Made by a program: the position numbers and the translations under genes. A model generated the notes under the pieces. That model was not told the DNA's origin. It saw only the letters and a list, made by a program, of their open reading frames with translations, and made no database searches. Below, one piece after another: positions 60,076-64,000 of a stretch of 64,000 nucleotides of DNA. The stretch is from Escherichia coli (lineage in GTDB: Bacteria > Pseudomonadota > Gammaproteobacteria > Enterobacterales > Enterobacteriaceae): the NCBI RefSeq assembly GCF_003018235.1, contig NZ_CP027437.1. The stretch is one strand, 5' to 3'. Each line of letters starts with the position of its first letter. The first letter of the stretch is position 1.

Positions 60076-60984
60076 ATGGATCAAAAACGACTTACTCACC
60101 TGCGGCAACTGGAGGCGGAAAGCATCCACATTATTCGCGAGGTGGCGGCAGAATTCTCAAATCCGGTGATGCTCTACTCTATCGGTAAAGATTCCAGCGT
60201 CATGCTGCATCTGGCGCGCAAGGCGTTTTATCCAGGTACGCTGCCTTTCCCGTTGCTGCATGTCGATACCGGCTGGAAATTCCGCGAGATGTATGAGTTC
60301 CGCGATCGTACGGCTAAAGCCTACGGCTGCGAGCTGCTGGTGCATAAAAACCCGGAAGGCGTGGCGATGGGGATTAATCCATTCGTTCATGGCAGCGCGA
60401 AACATACCGATATTATGAAAACTGAAGGCCTGAAACAGGCGCTGAATAAATACGGTTTTGATGCCGCCTTCGGTGGTGCACGCCGCGACGAAGAGAAATC
60501 CCGCGCTAAAGAGCGAATCTACTCTTTCCGTGACCGCTTCCATCGCTGGGATCCGAAAAATCAGCGCCCGGAGCTGTGGCACAACTACAACGGGCAAATT
60601 AACAAAGGCGAAAGCATTCGCGTCTTCCCGCTCTCTAACTGGACCGAGCAGGATATCTGGCAATACATCTGGCTGGAAAATATCGATATTGTTCCGCTGT
60701 ATCTCGCTGCGGAACGACCGGTTCTGGAACGCGACGGTATGTTGATGATGATTGATGACAACCGTATCGACCTGCAACCGGGCGAAGTGATTAAAAAACG
60801 GATGGTGCGTTTCCGTACGCTGGGCTGCTGGCCGCTGACCGGCGCGGTGGAGTCAAATGCGCAAACACTGCCGGAGATCATCGAAGAGATGCTGGTCTCC
60901 ACCACCAGTGAACGTCAGGGCCGCGTGATTGACCGCGACCAGGCGGGGTCTATGGAGCTGAAAAAACGTCAGGGGTATTTTTAA
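60076..60984 (+). CDS. cysD: Sulfate adenylyltransferase subunit 2
   Basis: 302-aa ORF of the PAPS reductase-like fold. Confidence 0.95.
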   Translation: MDQKRLTHLRQLEAESIHIIREVAAEFSNPVMLYSIGKDSSVMLHLARKAFYPGTLPFPLLHVDTGWKFREMYEFRDRTAKAYGCELLVHKNPEGVAMGINPFVHGSAKHTDIMKTEGLKQALNKYGFDAAFGGARRDEEKSRAKERIYSFRDRFHRWDPKNQRPELWHNYNGQINKGESIRVFPLSNWTEQDIWQYIWLENIDIVPLYLAAERPVLERDGMLMMIDDNRIDLQPGEVIKKRMVRFRTLGCWPLTGAVESNAQTLPEIIEEMLVSTTSERQGRVIDRDQAGSMELKKRQGYF

Positions 60985-60985
60985 G

Positions 60986-62413
60986 ATGAACACCGCACTT
61001 GCACAACAAATCGCCAATGAAGGCGGCGTCGAAGCCTGGATGATTGCGCAACAACATAAAAGCCTGCTGCGTTTTCTGACCTGTGGTAGCGTCGATGACG
61101 GCAAAAGTACCCTGATTGGTCGCCTGTTGCACGATACCCGCCAAATCTACGAAGATCAGCTCTCATCGCTGCATAACGACAGTAAACGTCACGGCACCCA
61201 GGGCGAAAAACTGGATCTGGCACTGCTGGTGGACGGCCTGCAAGCTGAGCGCGAACAGGGCATCACCATTGACGTGGCTTACCGTTATTTCTCTACCGAG
61301 AAGCGTAAATTTATTATCGCCGATACCCCAGGGCACGAGCAGTACACTCGCAATATGGCGACTGGCGCATCGACATGTGAACTGGCGATCTTACTGATCG
61401 ATGCCCGTAAAGGCGTGCTCGATCAAACCCGTCGTCACAGTTTTATCTCCACACTGTTGGGGATCAAACATCTGGTCGTGGCGATCAACAAAATGGATCT
61501 GGTGGATTACAGTGAAGAGACGTTCACCCGTATTCGTGAAGATTATTTGACCTTTGCCGGGCAGCTGCCGGGTAATCTGGATATCCGCTTTGTGCCGCTC
61601 TCTGCACTGGAAGGCGACAACGTGGCTTCGCAAAGTGAAAGTATGCCGTGGTACAGCGGTCCGACACTGCTCGAAGTGCTGGAAACCGTGGAGATCCAGC
61701 GAGTGGTGGATGCCCAGCCAATGCGCTTCCCGGTGCAGTACGTTAATCGCCCGAATCTCGATTTTCGTGGCTACGCCGGAACGCTGGCATCCGGTCGCGT
61801 GGAAGTCGGGCAACGTGTAAAAGTGCTGCCCTCTGGTGTGGAATCAAACGTCGCGCGGATCGTGACTTTTGATGGCGATTGCAAAGAAGCCTTTGCCGGA
61901 GAAGCGATCACCCTGGTGCTGACGGATGAGATCGACATCAGCCGTGGCGATCTGCTGCTGGCGGCAGACGAAGCGTTACCGGCTGTGCAGAGCGCGTCGG
62001 TGGATGTGGTATGGATGGCGGAACAGCCGCTTTCCCCGGGCCAGAGTTATGACATCAAAATTGCCGGTAAGAAGACGCGTGCTCGTGTTGATGGCATTCG
62101 TTATCAGGTTGATATTAATAACCTTACCCAACGCGAAGTTGAAAACCTGCCGCTGAACGGCATCGGCCTGGTGGATCTCACTTTTGACGAGCCACTGGTG
62201 TTAGATCGTTATCAGCAAAATCCGGTTACCGGTGGGCTGATTTTTATCGATCGCCTGAGCAATGTGACCGTGGGTGCCGGTATGGTGCACGAGCCAGTTA
62301 GCCAGGCAACTGCTGCGCCATCTGAATTCAGTGCATTCGAACTGGAATTGAATGCCCTGGTTCGTCGCCACTTTCCGCACTGGGGCGCGCGCGATTTGCT
62401 GGGGGATAAATAA
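60986..62413 (+). CDS. cysN: Sulfate adenylyltransferase subunit 1 (GTPase)
   Basis: 475-aa ORF with GTPase motifs ([19 protein letters not shown]). Confidence 0.95.
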
Positions 62414-63018
62414 TGGCGCTGCATGACGAAAACGTCGTCTGGCATAGCCATCCGGTCACTGTGCAACAACGCGAGCTACACCACGGTCATCGTGGTGTAG
62501 TGCTGTGGTTTACCGGCCTCTCCGGGTCCGGTAAATCAACGGTCGCCGGGGCGCTGGAGGAGGCGTTACATAAACTCGGCGTCAGTACGTATCTGCTGGA
62601 TGGCGACAATGTTCGCCACGGATTATGCAGCGATCTCGGTTTTAGCGATGCCGATCGTAAAGAGAATATCCGTCGCGTCGGTGAAGTGGCGAATTTGATG
62701 GTTGAAGCCGGACTGGTGGTGCTGACCGCATTCATCTCGCCACACCGCGCCGAACGCCAGATGGTTCGTGAACGCGTAGGAGAAGGGCGCTTTATCGAAG
62801 TGTTTGTCGATACGCCGCTGGCGATTTGCGAAGCCCGCGATCCAAAAGGCTTATATAAGAAAGCGCGTGCCGGTGAACTGCGCAACTTTACGGGAATAGA
62901 TTCCGTTTACGAAGCGCCTGAATCGGCAGAAATTCATCTCAATGGTGAACAATTAGTAACAAATTTGGTACAGCAATTATTAGATCTGTTGAGACAGAAC
63001 GATATTATCAGATCCTGA
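62413..63018 (+). CDS. cysC: Adenylyl-sulfate (APS) kinase
   Basis: 201-aa ORF with P-loop GLSGSGKST; start overlaps the cysN stop. Confidence 0.95.
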
Positions 63019-63067
63019 GACACCACCGGGTTTCCATGCCCGGTTCGTCAAAGTAACAGGATCAAAT

Positions 63068-63391
63068 ATGCGTAATAGCCATAACATTACACTAACAAAT
63101 AACGACAGCCTTACTGAGGATGAAGAAACCACATGGTCACTGCCTGGTGCCGTGGTCGGTTTTATCTCCTGGTTATTTGCGCTGGCGATGCCGATGTTGA
63201 TTTATGGCTCTAACACGCTGTTTTTCTTTATCTACACCTGGCCTTTCTTTCTGGCACTGATGCCTGTCGCGGTAGTGGTGGGGATTGCGCTGCATTCATT
63301 GATGGACGGAAAGCTACGCTACAGTATTGTTTTCACCCTGGTGACAGTAGGCATTATGTTTGGCGCACTGTTTATGTGGCTACTGGGCTAA
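63068..63391 (+). CDS. ygbE: DUF3561 inner-membrane protein
   Basis: 107-aa hydrophobic ORF between cysC and ftsB. Confidence 0.8.
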   Translation: MRNSHNITLTNNDSLTEDEETTWSLPGAVVGFISWLFALAMPMLIYGSNTLFFFIYTWPFFLALMPVAVVVGIALHSLMDGKLRYSIVFTLVTVGIMFGALFMWLLG

Positions 63392-63584
63392 TTTGTACTT
63401 TCTTGTCTCCTCTGTTCATAATTCAAACCGTAACTAATAATGAGATTATGTTCTGCACGCCCTGGGTATACGTAACAATGGACAAATGTGGTACATTTGC
63501 CCGCGTTGTCGCGGTATCCCCAACAGAGGATGTAGAGTCGTCTTCGGATGCATGGGATGATGATGCCGTTTTTCAGGGGGCAGG

Positions 63585-63896
63585 ATGGGTAAACTAACGC
63601 TGCTGTTGCTGGCTATTCTGGTCTGGCTACAGTATTCGCTGTGGTTCGGTAAGAACGGTATACATGACTATACCCGCGTCAATGATGATGTGGCGGCACA
63701 GCAAGCTACAAACGCGAAACTTAAAGCGCGAAACGATCAACTTTTTGCCGAAATTGACGATCTCAATGGCGGCCAGGAGGCGCTCGAAGAGCGTGCGCGT
63801 AATGAACTCAGCATGACCAGGCCGGGCGAAACTTTTTATCGTCTGGTGCCTGACGCGTCGAAGCGCGCACAGTCTGCGGGGCAAAACAATCGATAA
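63585..63896 (+). CDS. ftsB: Cell division protein FtsB
   Basis: 103-aa ORF with an N-terminal TM segment and coiled coil. Confidence 0.9.
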
Positions 63897-63914
63897 ATCA
63901 GCCCGGGAATTAAC

Positions 63915-64000
63915 ATGGCAACCACTCATTTGGATGTTTGCGCCGTGGTTCCGGCGGCCGGATTTGGCCGTCGAATGCAAACGGAATGTCCTAAGCAATA
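63915..64000 (+). CDS. ispD: 2-C-methyl-D-erythritol 4-phosphate cytidylyltransferase, N-terminal 28 codons only (3' end outside window)
   Basis: ATG at 63915 followed by [28 protein letters not shown], matching the IspD N-terminus and its position after ftsB. Confidence 0.8.

Noticed and set aside
63376-63597. 73-aa plus-strand ORF bridging ygbE and ftsB
   Set aside because: It overlaps the ends of both flanking genes, has no Shine-Dalgarno sequence and an atypical composition; it is probably the ftsB promoter region read through.

Overview
This window reads as a contiguous Escherichia coli-type chromosomal segment running from the 3' end of mltA to the 5' end of ispD, and almost every ORF longer than 100 codons matches a protein I recognise. 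In order it carries tcdA-csdE-csdA, ygdI, gcvB sRNA and gcvA, ygdD-rlmM, the complete L-fucose regulon (fucR-fucU-fucK-fucI-fucP divergent from fucA-fucO), xni, sdaB-sdaC, ppnN, queF, syd, csrB sRNA with its upstream UvrY-box palindrome, yqcC-truC-yqcA, gudP-gudX-gudD, barA, rlmD, relA-mazE-mazF-mazG, pyrG-eno, ygcG, queE, a type I-E-style CRISPR array with no cas genes beside it, the poorly characterised ygc cluster (ygcE, yqcE, ygcW, ygcU, ygcS, ygcR, ygcQ, ygcP, ygcO, ygcN), queD, cysJ-cysI-cysH, a Hok-family toxin gene missing from the ORF track, iap, cysD-cysN-cysC, ygbE and ftsB. The points most worth a second look are: (1) the interval between cysH and iap, where E. coli K-12 as I recall it carries its cas operon and iap-proximal CRISPR array, holds here only about 545 bp with a hok-like toxin gene; (2) the orphan 5-repeat CRISPR array with an AT-rich leader next to queE; (3) an apparent frameshift splitting the FGGY kinase gene ygcE; (4) the ygc cluster as a coherent catabolic module of unknown substrate. 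No transposase, integrase, phage or plasmid genes were found. All coordinates were counted by hand and minor feature boundaries may be off by a few bases. Gene names come from recognising the translated proteins and known synteny, not from a database search.
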